64,000 nucleotides of DNA from Vulcanimicrobiota bacterium (GTDB taxonomy: Bacteria; Vulcanimicrobiota; Vulcanimicrobiia; Vulcanimicrobiales; Vulcanimicrobiaceae): the NCBI GenBank assembly GCA_963820825.1, contig CAWGBN010000009.1:64001-128000 (forward strand), read 5' to 3'. The stretch's first letter is position 1, and each line of letters begins with the position of its first letter. This document shows, piece after piece, positions 54,901 through 64,000 of this stretch. The notes under the pieces are model-generated. The model ran no database searches and was not told the DNA's origin. It saw nothing but the letters and a program-made list of their open reading frames with translations. The translations under genes were made by a program, and so were the position numbers.

Positions 54901-54955
54901 GCGAGCCGTCACGCTGGTCGAGCCCAGCAGCAGTGAGCCGAAAGCTGGCGAGTAG
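51926..54955 (+). CDS. Secreted BNR/Asp-box (VPS10/sortilin-like) beta-propeller glycosyl hydrolase-like protein
   Basis: RSIGPAISGGRI; many S.DGG.TW Asp-boxes; SPDLTRN; C-terminal helical tail. Confidence 0.85.
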   Translation: MKNRMQCATALTTIAGLSAALVCTWSYARAGDELGALRYRSIGPAISGGRITAVAGSDQDPYLYYAGAADGGIFKSVDGGVSWQAVFDRAPVAAIGAVAIDPANAQNIWVGTGESNPRNTVEGGDGIWHSTDGGRTWTHAGLDDTFAISSISIDPRNSNVLLAGALGTPFAPSPDRGIYRTRDGGRHWRKTLYVDASDGVSDLARDPANPAHLLAGVWEFHRTPWSASAGGTRGGIFESRDGGLTWERLQGRGLPSGLTGRIGLTFSQTNPKRIYAAIQSSEAAIWRSDDGAKTWHSIAKSEWVGYRGYYFSKIFVDPADQNRLLNLETLMARSENGGRSFELVDLDQYDQHALWWSRDGRRIVDGADTGVALSVNGGKSWFTPRNLPVSQVYHIGLSAQFPYIVCVGLQDVNSWCGPGVAANAVGILNRDWTLIAPGDGNYSVFDPVDPQYVWSSETERSAGQIYLTDLRTYQSVEVSPSQRFSEGMAAADLPYRFDWMTPIAFTYTNPVRTLVGGNAVFATTDRGRSWTVTSPDLTRNEKSHQLLSGGPISHDNTGAEFSDAITSIATTPLDPALLWVATDDGLVQISHDLGGHWSNVTPRGLPPWGRIDVLEAGHATAGTAYIAVDRHMNGDTQPYLLKTLDYGRDWSSIAGDLPRNLYLRCVREDPTTPLLLFACTQRGVWASFDGGAHWRSLRLNMPASATYDIAIYEGTHDLVVGTQGRGMYVLDDISAIERMAASPNRDLQLYPPRIAYRYFLPSPYTTTDAGDFIGQNAPYGAVINVYSPRAMRGATLEMYDSNENRVRTMHVEHWNYGFNRIVWDLRTDGPVRWKYTAENNAGPTEGPQVVPGSYTVKLTADGAVRRQPIVIRTVSGDAQSQTEYEARYRFLQGLYADLSLVNERLNTIDACLRSNCADRQQESALRSTLTAGYRSQLQMVMMQPRLRERILALIERLGTSEAPPTQAQVDEAALLHQSLQRALPAAAQLQIMRAVTLVEPSSSEPKAGE

Positions 54956-55015
54956 CACCTAGAGCTGCGGGTAAAGCTTAAGCCGGACCGAACCGTTTAC
55001 GATGTTCGGAAAGGG

Positions 55016-55924
55016 GTGACGGGGATGATTACTATGTGCCGCGCTTTTGGAGTCTGCGCGATTATTTCTATGCTTGCTGGATGCGCAGGGTCGCAGACGA
55101 GTGGAACGACAACGGGTGCCCTTCCGGCAACGGGTCTATCGCAACGCTCGATGACGCCAATGATACATCAGACGGTTTTTAGCTACACAGGTGGAGAGCA
55201 AACCTTCGAAGTCCCCTCTGGCGTAAAGTCTATCACCGTTGATGCTATAGGCGCTGCCGGAGCGGGTAACAGAAGGCTTGGTGCGCCGCCTGTGCGTGGC
55301 GGCCGTACCGAAGCCAAGGTACCCGTCACGCCTGGTGAGACGTTGTACGTTTTCGTCGGAGGCCGATGGTCCGCGGGTGGCTTCAACGGCGGTGGAAACG
55401 GCGGCTGCGGTGGATCCGGCGGTCGCTACGCGGGCGGTGGTGCGTCGGACGTGCGAGAGGGTGGCGATGGCCTGAGTAACCGCGTTGTCGTCGCTGGAGG
55501 TGCCGGTGGTGGCGGGGAGACCAAAGGGCACGGCGGTTTTGGCGGCGGCGAGGTCGGCGGATTGGGGCACGATGGCGGCAAGCGTCTCCTGCGCGGCGGC
55601 CAGGGCGGCGACGGGGGCACTCAAAGCCAGGGCGGAGCGAGCGGTGCTGGTGGTGCGCATTCTGGCAATCCCGGTAGCCCAGGAACACTAGGCGCGGGAG
55701 GTTCCGGAGGCCAGGGCGACAGCGACACCCATTGCGGTGGCGGTGGTGGCGGAGGCTACTACGGCGGCGGCGGCGGCGGAAGCGGATCGCGAGGCGGGGG
55801 CTCCGGTGGCGGTGGCGGCGGCGGGTCGTCATATGCCGAACCAAATGCCATTGGCCACGTGCAGATGTGGCAAGGTTGGCAAGATGCGACGAGCAACGGG
55901 GCGGTTACTCTCAGTTGGAAATAG
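55016..55924 (+). CDS. Glycine-rich domain lipoprotein (ALK/LTK-type Gly-rich domain)
   Basis: Lipobox LAGC; FSYTGGEQTF.VP.GV, GGGASDVR, VVAGGAGGGG, GGGGGYYGGGGG, GGGGSSY. Confidence 0.75.
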   Translation: MTGMITMCRAFGVCAIISMLAGCAGSQTSGTTTGALPATGLSQRSMTPMIHQTVFSYTGGEQTFEVPSGVKSITVDAIGAAGAGNRRLGAPPVRGGRTEAKVPVTPGETLYVFVGGRWSAGGFNGGGNGGCGGSGGRYAGGGASDVREGGDGLSNRVVVAGGAGGGGETKGHGGFGGGEVGGLGHDGGKRLLRGGQGGDGGTQSQGGASGAGGAHSGNPGSPGTLGAGGSGGQGDSDTHCGGGGGGGYYGGGGGGSGSRGGGSGGGGGGGSSYAEPNAIGHVQMWQGWQDATSNGAVTLSWK

Positions 55925-56052
55925 TCAGAGCACTGTAGCTATCCGGCGCTATTTTCGCTGTCTGCACGGAACAGAAGTTTAAAAGACAAAGCCGACCGGA
56001 CGACCGGAAAGCGGGAAAAGGTGAGCCTACCTACAATCTTAGGCACACCTAA

Positions 56053-57151
56053 ATGAAGCCATGGTTTCGATTCGCGTGCGCGCCGGCCTTCGGGGCGCTC
56101 GCGCTCGTCCTTCTTCTGCCGACGGTTGCTCTGGCGGACGCAGATGAGGTTGCCTCGCCGAACTCAACGACCCTCGGTCTGCAGCCGATCCGCGGGCCGA
56201 TTCCGCAAGCGACGGCCGCTCCAGGCGAGTCGAGCGTCTTCCGCCGAGCCGATGGAGCCTACCAAGCGATTCCCACCGTGCAAGGGCGGACGAAGACGTT
56301 CCACATCGTCGAGCGCGCCGCGCCGTGGACGCTCGCAGCCCGGGCTGACCGTGATGGCCAACACGTATAACGGCGTCGTTCCCGGTCCGGCGATGGTCGT
56401 GCAAGCAAGGCGACACCGTCGTCATCGACTACACGAACGACGACGCGACCCCCGACTCGATTCACCTGCACGGCGTTCACGACATCCCGGTCTCGATGGA
56501 CGGCGTCGGCGGCATCTCGCAGCGACTCGTTCCGACCGGCGGCACACTTCGTCTATCGTTTCATCGCCGACCAGCCCGGCACGTTTATCTATCACTCGCA
56601 CGACGACGAGGCGATGGTCGACTCCGGACTCTACGGCGCGATCATCGTCGAGCCGTCGCAATCCGCGGCCGGTCGAACGCGGCTTGGCGCACGACTTTCT
56701 CGAGATGATCTCGTCGTGGCAGATCCAGAGCGCGGCCGAGAACCACTTCACGCTCAACGGCAAGGAGTATCCGGCGACGCGCGCGCTCGACGTCCGCCGC
56801 GGCGAGCGCTTTCGCATTCGCTGGATCAACATCTCGGGCGAAGAGTTTCACACGATGCACACGCACGGGCACTATCAGCAGATCGTCGCCCGCGACGCCG
56901 CGCCGGTCGATTATCACGACGTCCAGGATACGGTGCTGGTCGCGCCGGGACAGCGCGTCGACGTCGTCGTCGACGCCAACGCGCAGCCCGGAACGTGGCT
57001 GATGCATTGCCACGTGCTCGATCACATCGAAGACGCACGCGGCATGCCCGAGCGGTCTCATCACCGCGATTCATTACGTCGGAACGCCGAATACCCTCAC
57101 CGTCGATGTATCGCGCGATGATGCCCGCCGCATCTCCGACCCGCGCGCGCG
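56053..57151 (+). CDS. Two-domain multicopper oxidase (several +1 indels; probably fused to the ZIP domain)
   Basis: Across frames: signal peptide, YNGVVPGP, IHLHG, MDGV, YHSH, HTMHTHGH, WLMHCHVLDH. Confidence 0.85.
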
Positions 57152-57940
57152 TTGAGCTTCTGGGCTGACGGTACTGCTCGGCGCGATCGCGGGCTTCACG
57201 ATCTTTCTCGGATTGCCGATCGCGCGCGCGCGGCGGCTCTCGCCGCAGACCGTCGCGCTGCTCAACGCGCTCGCAATCGGGATTCTTGCTCTATCTCGTC
57301 GTCGAGATCGCGCAGAACGCGATCCTCCCGATCTCGCAAGGGCGTCAACGCCTGGCACGCCGGTGCGGGCGGCGTTTCCCGATTGCGGAGGTGCTCGTTT
57401 TTGTCGCCGGTCTTGCTGATCGGCTTGGTCGGCCTCGGCAGCGCGGCGACCCATCTCACGCGCCGGGCCGCTTCGCACGCCGAGAATCCGATCGTGCTCG
57501 CGGCGATCATCGCGATTGGGATCGGCGCGCACAACTTCGGCGAGGGACTTGGCGATCGGCGCGTCGGCCGCCTCGGGCGCGACCGCCGTCGCGATCGCGC
57601 TGATCGTCGGCTTCGGCCTGCACAACGCCACCGAAGGCTTCGGCGTGGCTGCCCCGCTGGTCGGACGCGTCGTTCCGACGTGGGCGCAGATCGGTCTCGC
57701 CGGACTGATCGCCGGCGGGCCCGACCTTCATCGGAACGATCCTTGGCTACAGCTTCTACTCGCCGATGCTCTCGGTGCTTCTTCCTCGCGATCGCCGTCG
57801 GCGCGCTGGTTTTCGTGATCGGCGAGTTGTGGAGCGTGCTGCGCCGAACCGGCTTAACCGGATTCGTCACGGCAACGATGTGCCTCGGCTTTCTGATCGC
57901 GCTGGCAACGGAGCTTTTTCTCGATATCAACGGAGGATAA
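57152..57940 (+). CDS. ZIP (GufA/ZupT-like) metal transporter domain (several indels)
   Basis: LLGAIAGFTIFLGLP, GIGAHNFGEGLAIG, GFGLHNATEGFGVAAP, LAIAVGALVFVIGEL. Confidence 0.85.
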   Translation: MSFWADGTARRDRGLHDLSRIADRARAAALAADRRAAQRARNRDSCSISSSRSRRTRSSRSRKGVNAWHAGAGGVSRLRRCSFLSPVLLIGLVGLGSAATHLTRRAASHAENPIVLAAIIAIGIGAHNFGEGLGDRRVGRLGRDRRRDRADRRLRPAQRHRRLRRGCPAGRTRRSDVGADRSRRTDRRRARPSSERSLATASTRRCSRCFFLAIAVGALVFVIGELWSVLRRTGLTGFVTATMCLGFLIALATELFLDINGG

Positions 57941-57944
57941 CGCT

Positions 57945-58245
57945 ATGACGTTCGAGGAGTTCTATCCCGAGTATCTCGCGGCGCATCGCGATCGCCGCAC
58001 CAAGATCGTCCACACCGCGGGCTTATCGAGCGGCTTGGCGGTCGGCGCTGCCGGGTTTGCGCTGCGCCGGCCGGCATTGGTAGCTCGGCGGTTTAGCTCT
58101 GGGCTACTTTCCGGCGTTCGTCTCGCATTGGGTCTTCGAGAAGAATCAACCGAAGACGCTCGAACACCCGGCGCTCTCGTTTTGCGGCGACTTCGTCATG
58201 GTCTATCAGTTCCTGACCGGGACGCTCCGCGAAGCGGAGGAGTAA
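57945..58245 (+). CDS. DUF962/Mpo1-like small membrane protein (frameshift near 58086)
   Basis: FEEFYPEYLAAH..R.TK.VH; after the shift GYFPAFVSHWVFEKNQP.T.EHP...GDF. Confidence 0.8.
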
Positions 58246-58248
58246 CAG

Positions 58249-59001
58249 TTGCTTCTCGCAGCGATTCTCGTTGCGCAAGCCGTCTCGCCGTCACCGGCCC
58301 CCTACGCGACGTGGAACGCGATCACGCTGGGCGCGCCGGCCTCGACGCTGCGGCCGGGCGTTGGCGATCCGTTGCGAATCACGCTCTTCGATAATGGCGC
58401 AAGCCGTTTCGCGCGCTATTGGCTTCCCGGTTCGGACTCGACCTACCTGATCGTGATCGAAGTGCGCGGTTATATCAAAGTGATCGACATCTTCACCGAC
58501 GCGGCGCCGACCGCCGTGTTCGAGAACGTGCCGCCCGATCAACTCGGCGTCCGCTTAGGAGATACGTTCGAAGCCGCACAGCAACAGGCGGCGCAGCTCC
58601 ACCGCGACACCGACGAAGGCGGCGCGCCGATTCTGATCGGGCGCCTGACGCCGGCTATCGGTGCGGCCTATTCGTTTCAGGGTAATCGCGTGCAGAGCAT
58701 CCATTGGACGACGGCTCTTCCGGCCGCTGCGCCCGATCTACCGCCGCTAACGCTGGCCGCCGGCGACGCGATCTCGTCGGCAATCTTCGTCGTGCAGAAG
58801 AACGAAATGGACGGCGTTGCCTGGGAGTACCGCTTCTTGTCGTTTCATCCGTGCGCCGACGGGGCGTTTTGGAAACTGAAATCGCAGTCGCTTCTGCATG
58901 ATGGGGGACGCGCATACGACCGACTTCACGTTTTTTGTCCGCCGACGAAAGCCGAGCGCGACTTCTACTTCGATATAACGAGCTACTTCGGGAAGCTCTA
59001 A
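58249..59001 (+). CDS. Hypothetical secreted protein
   Basis: GGAGGAG SD, signal-like N-terminus, C-terminal EY..L...C...W...Q.L.....YD...C...R.FYFDITSYFG. Confidence 0.65.
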   Translation: MLLAAILVAQAVSPSPAPYATWNAITLGAPASTLRPGVGDPLRITLFDNGASRFARYWLPGSDSTYLIVIEVRGYIKVIDIFTDAAPTAVFENVPPDQLGVRLGDTFEAAQQQAAQLHRDTDEGGAPILIGRLTPAIGAAYSFQGNRVQSIHWTTALPAAAPDLPPLTLAAGDAISSAIFVVQKNEMDGVAWEYRFLSFHPCADGAFWKLKSQSLLHDGGRAYDRLHVFCPPTKAERDFYFDITSYFGKL

Positions 59002-59002
59002 G

Positions 59003-59386
59003 CTACGACAGAATTACGAAGCGGCCGCCGTTGGTGAAGAGGATCACGAGCAACATCGAGGTCAGCGTGAGCTCGTAGTACCAGCCGAGTCCGTCGCTGC
59101 CCCAGAAGCCCGTTCTCCAGACGAAGATCTTCTTCTGCAGCGCTCCGAGCATGATCGCGATGAGTCCGATCGCTGCGAGCTGCTGCAGGATGCCGAGGAT
59201 GATGCCAGCGCCTCCCGCGACCTCGGCAACGGCCAGGAAGATCGTGAAGCTCTTGGGCATCCCGATGCTCTTGCTGCGCGCGTCGGGATTCTTCAAGTCG
59301 CTGTAGCCGCTGCCGATAAAGATCAGCCCGGCCATGATTCGCAGCAAGAGCAGGCTGTAATCCGTGAACGCCTCGAGATGAAACAC
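59003..59386 (-). CDS. DoxX family membrane protein
   Basis: LLLLRIMAGLIFI.SG, EVAGG...LG; GGAGGAGG SD before GTG 59386. Confidence 0.85.
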   Translation of the reverse strand: MFHLEAFTDYSLLLLRIMAGLIFIGSGYSDLKNPDARSKSIGMPKSFTIFLAVAEVAGGAGIILGILQQLAAIGLIAIMLGALQKKIFVWRTGFWGSDGLGWYYELTLTSMLLVILFTNGGRFVILS

Positions 59387-59499
59387 CGCGTACCTCCTCC
59401 CGACTCGTGGTTTGCCTTGCGGGTTGAGCAGCCTTCTGACGCCGCGAGCACCTCGGCCGGAAAGGGAAGCCCGCCACGCCGCGCTTAACGTCGGGGACC

Positions 59500-59943
59500 A
59501 TGAGGACGCCCGGCGGCACAGCAGCCCTCGCATCGCTCCTACTCGGCTTCGTGCTTGTGTGCACAGCCTCGGCAGCGGCGCAGGAGATGTCGTCACTTTC
59601 CTACTTCATCGGAACGTGGAGCTGTCAACGCATTTTCCCAAGTACCGGAAAGACCATCGCATCGACGATCCGCTTCGGCGATGACGGCACATCCGTCATT
59701 ACGCACCACGACGACATCCCGCCGAACGCCTACCACGCGATCGAGCTATGGGGATATAGTGCGACCGATCGTCAATTCAACGCGGTGATTCAGGATAGTT
59801 TCGGTCGCATTCGAGATTTTAGCTCCCCGGGCTGGGCCGGTGACGCGCTCGCCTGGACGAGTGCGGCCCAGGTGAGCCCGCAGCTCAAGAACGGCGGCTA
59901 TGTTGTCGGAGATTCGCTGCCGAGCGTGCGCCCGCCGACGTGA
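59500..59943 (+). CDS. Hypothetical secreted protein (DUF1579-like, possibly truncated)
   Basis: Signal peptide; LSYFIGTWSC...WGY....F....DSFG....S.GW. Confidence 0.55.
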   Translation: MRTPGGTAALASLLLGFVLVCTASAAAQEMSSLSYFIGTWSCQRIFPSTGKTIASTIRFGDDGTSVITHHDDIPPNAYHAIELWGYSATDRQFNAVIQDSFGRIRDFSSPGWAGDALAWTSAAQVSPQLKNGGYVVGDSLPSVRPPT

Positions 59944-61151
59944 ATCGTAGCCGGTATCTACTTTTCGGCGTTGCGCTGCTGGGCGCCGGCGCTGCCTCAA
60001 ACCAAACCGCAGCGCTCAAGCCGATCGATCAGGGTGCACTGCAAGCGATGGTTAGTGCGACGGCACGGGAACTCTTGATTCCCGGCGCCGTGGTGCTTCT
60101 GCGCACGCCCCAAGGCGAGTTCACGGCCGCCTACGGTACCACGCAAATCGGCACGACGAACCCGCCGACCGCCGGCACCTACTTCCGCATCGCTTCGAAC
60201 ACCAAGACGATGACGGCTGCAGCGATCGTCCAGCTAGCCCAGGAAGGACGGCTCACGTTCGACGACGCGGTTTCGAAGTATATCGCGGGCGTGCCCAACG
60301 GCGACAAAATCACGATCGCCGAACTGCTCGACATGCGCAGCGGTCTATACAACTACACCGATGCGCCGGAGTTCGCAGCCAGCATCGACCGCGGTATGAC
60401 CAAAATTTGGACTCCAGCGGAGTTGTTGGCCATGGCGTTTGCGCGACCACCAAACTTCGCACCCGGCACGAAGTACGAATACTGCAATACCAACTACGTA
60501 TTGCTCGGGCTCATCATTGAGAAAGTCGGCGGCAAGCCGTTGGCCGAGGCATTGCGGGACCGATTGTTCGAGCCGCTCGGTATGCAGCACACGGCATTGC
60601 CGCCAAGCAGCGTGAACGCAATGCCCGAACCATACTCCCACGGATACCTGTACGGCAGCTCTTCAGTCGCCCTGATGGGGACGCCGCCGTATTCGCCCAG
60701 CCTGCAGGCCGCGGCTCGCGCGGGCACCCTTCTGCCCAACGACTTCACTGCTCTGAACCATTCCTTCGCCGCTGCGGCCGGAGGCGTCGTCTCCAACGCC
60801 GACGATCTCGCAATCTGGATTCACGCCTTGGTCTCCGGCCGCGTGTTCGAGCCGGAGTATCAGCAGCGTTGGCTCGATAGCCTGCGACCCGTGGACCCGG
60901 CCAAACCGGAGGGCCAACAGTACGGGTACGGCATTAGCCAGATGCGCTGGGGAACCAACGCCATGTACTTTCACGGCGGCGAGACTCCGGGTTACAATTC
61001 TTTTATCGGCTACGATCCCACCAATAAGGTGACGTTAATCGTATGGACCAATTTGACCGTGTCGCTCGACGATCTCCCGACCGCCAACACCCTTATGTTG
61101 AAAGTGCTCGATCAAATCTACGTCGCGTCACCGCTAGCGCCTGGACCGTAA
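59940..61151 (+). CDS. Serine hydrolase (beta-lactamase class C/DD-peptidase family)
   Basis: FRIASNTK (SxxK), YCN (YxN), HGG; signal peptide. Confidence 0.9.
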   Translation: MNRSRYLLFGVALLGAGAASNQTAALKPIDQGALQAMVSATARELLIPGAVVLLRTPQGEFTAAYGTTQIGTTNPPTAGTYFRIASNTKTMTAAAIVQLAQEGRLTFDDAVSKYIAGVPNGDKITIAELLDMRSGLYNYTDAPEFAASIDRGMTKIWTPAELLAMAFARPPNFAPGTKYEYCNTNYVLLGLIIEKVGGKPLAEALRDRLFEPLGMQHTALPPSSVNAMPEPYSHGYLYGSSSVALMGTPPYSPSLQAAARAGTLLPNDFTALNHSFAAAAGGVVSNADDLAIWIHALVSGRVFEPEYQQRWLDSLRPVDPAKPEGQQYGYGISQMRWGTNAMYFHGGETPGYNSFIGYDPTNKVTLIVWTNLTVSLDDLPTANTLMLKVLDQIYVASPLAPGP

Positions 61152-61158
61152 AATAAAG

Positions 61159-62201
61159 ATGGGAGAGCTCATGCGGTCAGTGACTCGTCGACAAGCAATG
61201 CTCGCAATCTCCAGTGTAGCGGCGTCAAGCATGCTGCGTCCGATCGTTGGACGCGCCGAGACCGACCCTTTGCCCTCCTGGAGCCGTGGGCCGGCGAAAC
61301 AAGCCGTTCTCGATTTCGTGCGCGTCACTATTGATTCGTCAAGTTCAAAGTATGTCGCACCGAAAGAGCGTCTCGCAGCCTTCGATCAGGATGGAACGAC
61401 GTGGGTGGAGCATCCTTTCTACACGGAGCTGGTATTCGCATTGGACCGCGTCGTGGAGCTAGCCCCCCAGCACCCATCCTGGAATACGACGGAACCGTTT
61501 CAGTCCGTTCTCGCCGGCAACAAGGCGGCGATGGCAAGCTCCACGACGAAGGACCTCGAAGCCATCGTCGCCGTCACCCACTCGGGGATGCCCGTCGGCG
61601 CGTTCCAACAGCTGCCAGAACCTGGATCGCGAAGGCGAGGAACCGGCGCTGGAATCGGCCCTACACCGACTTGGTCTATCAACCGATGCTGGAAGTGATG
61701 CGCTACCTGCGCGCCAATGGATACCACACGTACATTGTAACCGGTGGTGGCCAAGACTTCGTGCGTGTATATTCCGAGCGAGTGTACGGCGTACCGCCCG
61801 AACAGGTCATCGGCTCCGCCGGGGATACTCGATTCGAGTACGGCGAAAGCGGCAAAGCGGCCCTGATTAAGGCGCCAAAGCTGTTGCTCAACAATAATAT
61901 GTCGGGTAAGCCGGAAGACATCTATCTGTTCACGGGCCTTCAGCCGCGGGCCGCATTCGGAAACAGCACCGGCGATCAGCAGATGCTCGAATACACGGGC
62001 CGTGGCGATGGGACGCGTTTGATGATGCTGGTGCTACACGACGATGCAGAACGCGAGAATGCATATGGACCGGCCGAGGGTCTGCCCAGCACGAAGGTAG
62101 GCACCTTTACTCAAGCGCTATACGACGAAGCAAAGGCCAAGGGCTGGTTCGTGATCAGTATGAAAAGGGACTGGAAACGTATCTTCGCTTTCGAGGCTTA
62201 A
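61159..62201 (+). CDS. Tat-exported HAD family phosphatase (frameshift near 61612)
   Basis: TRRQAM twin-Arg; AFDQDGT; second frame VYQPMLE, IVTGGG, FGNSTGD, HDDAERE.AY, SMKRDW. Confidence 0.85.
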
Positions 62202-62243
62202 CCACCACCAAACCCCCACTCTTAGAACGGACGGTGAAACGTC

Positions 62244-63701
62244 ATGCCCCTGCACCGGCGAGTGCTCCCGCGCGACTCCGATATAACCGACGTCTACGCG
62301 ACGCGGGCTATGGACGCGACGATCCCCAAACACCGCGTGCCTGCCGAAGGCTTGCGCCCGGACGTAGCGTTGCAGCTCGTCGTCGACGAGCTGATGCTCG
62401 ACGGTAATGCCCGGCAGAATCTCGCAACGTTCTGCCAGACGTGGTTCGACGACGGAATCCACAAGCTCATGGATCTCAGCCTCGACAAGAACATGATCGA
62501 CAAGGACGAGTATCCGGCAACGGCGGAGATCGAGAGCCGCTGCGTGCACTTGCTGGCGCATCTATGGAATTCGCCGGCAGCCGGAACGACGATCGGATGC
62601 TCGACGACCGGTTCGAGCGAAGCTGCGATGCTCGGCGGGCTCGCCCTCAAGTGGAAGTGGCGCGAACGTCGCGCGAAGGCCGGTAAGCCCAGCGACAAGC
62701 CGAACATCATTACCGGGCCGGTGCAAGTTTGTTGGCACAAGTTCGCACGCTACTTCGACGTCGAGCTTCGGGAGGTTCCACTGGAGCGCGACCGTCTGGT
62801 CATGACGCCGGAGGAAGTCCTCAAGCGCGTCGACGAGAACACGATCGGCGTCGTGCCGACGTTCGGCGTCACGTTCACGTGTCAATACGAGCCGGTCGCG
62901 CAAATCGCCGAAGCGCTCGACACGCTCCAACGCGATACCGGACTCGATATTCCGATCCACGTCGACGGCGCGTCCGGCGCATTCATCGCGCCGTTCGTCG
63001 AGCCCGAGATCCTGTGGGATTTTCGCTTGCCGCGCGTGCGATCGATCAACGCGTCCGGCCATAAATTTGGATTGGCGCCGCTGGGCGTCGGGTGGGTGAT
63101 TTGGCGCGAAGCGAGCGATCTGCCCGAAGGCCTCGATCTTCCACGTCAACTATCTCGGCGGCGACATGCCGACGTTCGCGCTCAACTTCTCTCGGCCCGG
63201 CGGACAGGTCATCTGCCAATACTATCTGATGCTGCGCCTGGGCATGGACGGCTACCGGCGCATCCACCAAGGCTGCTACGACGTCGCGCAACACGTCGCG
63301 CGCCGCATCGCCGCGCTCGGTCCGTTCGAAGTGCTCTTCGACGGCGACAGCCGCAATGGAATTCCGGCGGTATCGTGGACGATGCGCAATCCGGGTGCGG
63401 GATATTCGCTATTCGACCTCTCCGATCGATTGCGCGCGCGCGGCTGGCAGGTCGCCGCGTACACGATGGTCCCGAACATCACCGACATGGCCGTGATGCG
63501 CGTGCTGATCCGACACGGCTTTAGCCTGGATTCTGCCGACGCATTACTCGAAGATCATTCGCCGGTCTTTGGAATACTTCAAGACGCATCCGATTTCTAA
63601 ACCGATGACGGAGCGAGGAGGGCGCCTCGCACGATCACCATGCGCGCCCGCGCGCGGTCGGCGTCAGGCGCGAGATCAGTGAGACGCAACGTGCAACTTG
63701 A
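62244..63701 (+). CDS. gadB: Glutamate decarboxylase (frameshifts near 63137, 63557 and 63614)
   Basis: [41 protein letters not shown] (PLP Lys), [17 protein letters not shown]. Confidence 0.9.
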
Positions 63702-64000
63702 TCCAGGCGGCCATGTATTCACGGTACCCGGGTAACACTCGCGGCCCGATTTGAATGTCATGATCCGCAGTTTCGAAGATATGAATCGTCACATCGGCGT
63801 TCGAGTTCGCGCGTAACGCTCGTTGAAAGACGGCGATAGATCGCTCAACTGGAACATTCTCGTCGTGCCCACCATAGATCAGAAGCAGCGGCGAGCTGAG
63901 AGATGTGTAGAGTTCGGTCGGCTCCGACCACGTACGCGGATCGCGATAGAACTCATACCTCGAAGGATCGGATCGATCGATCGCTGCGAGGCGGCCGGGA
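63676..64000 (-). CDS. Alpha/beta hydrolase, C-terminal part (runs off window; frameshift near 63780)
   Basis: Manual translation PLLLIYGGHDENVPVERS...IFETADHDI...YMAAWI shows catalytic Asp and His motifs. Confidence 0.65.
   Translation of the reverse strand, partial: PGRLAAIDRSDPSRYEFYRDPRTWSEPTELYTSLSSPLLLIYGGHDENVPVERSIAVFQRALRANSNADVTIHIFETADHDIQIGPRVLPGYREYMAAWIKLHVASH

Noticed and set aside
55730..55825. GGC/GGT runs
   Set aside because: Poly-Gly coding sequence

Overview
High-GC bacterial chromosomal window, mostly housekeeping. Gene order and protein styles suggest a diderm Terrabacteria lineage such as Ca. Eremiobacterota/Vulcanimicrobiota (inference only). 1-21 kb is a minus-strand, largely translationally coupled run: rho, rluB, TonB_C-TPR, exbB-exbD-exbD-tonB-tonB, uppP, moaC, mog, folC-folP-folB, a folK::BCCP-like fusion, accC, nusB, PBP1A, xseAB, tlyA, nadK and recN, interrupted by an SRPBCC-ArsR pair. 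21-40 kb holds an SOS-boxed RNase H-like gene with mpg, glycosyltransferases, a G5/3D gene with rsmA, two M16-like proteins without the zinc motif, ftsH, tilS, smpB, moeA and serS. 40-64 kb is accessory: secreted hypotheticals, a MacAB-type exporter with a two-component system, a BNR/VPS10 protein, a Gly-rich lipoprotein, a probable multicopper oxidase::ZIP transporter fusion, a serine hydrolase, a HAD phosphatase and gadB. Many single-base indels after about 56 kb look like consensus errors. No rRNA, tRNA, CRISPR array, transposase or phage gene was seen. Best candidates for undescribed biology: (1) FolK fused to a BCCP-like domain lacking the biotin lysine, directly before accC; (2) a two-domain multicopper oxidase apparently fused to a ZIP transporter; (3) a LexA-boxed degenerate RNase H gene coupled to mpg.
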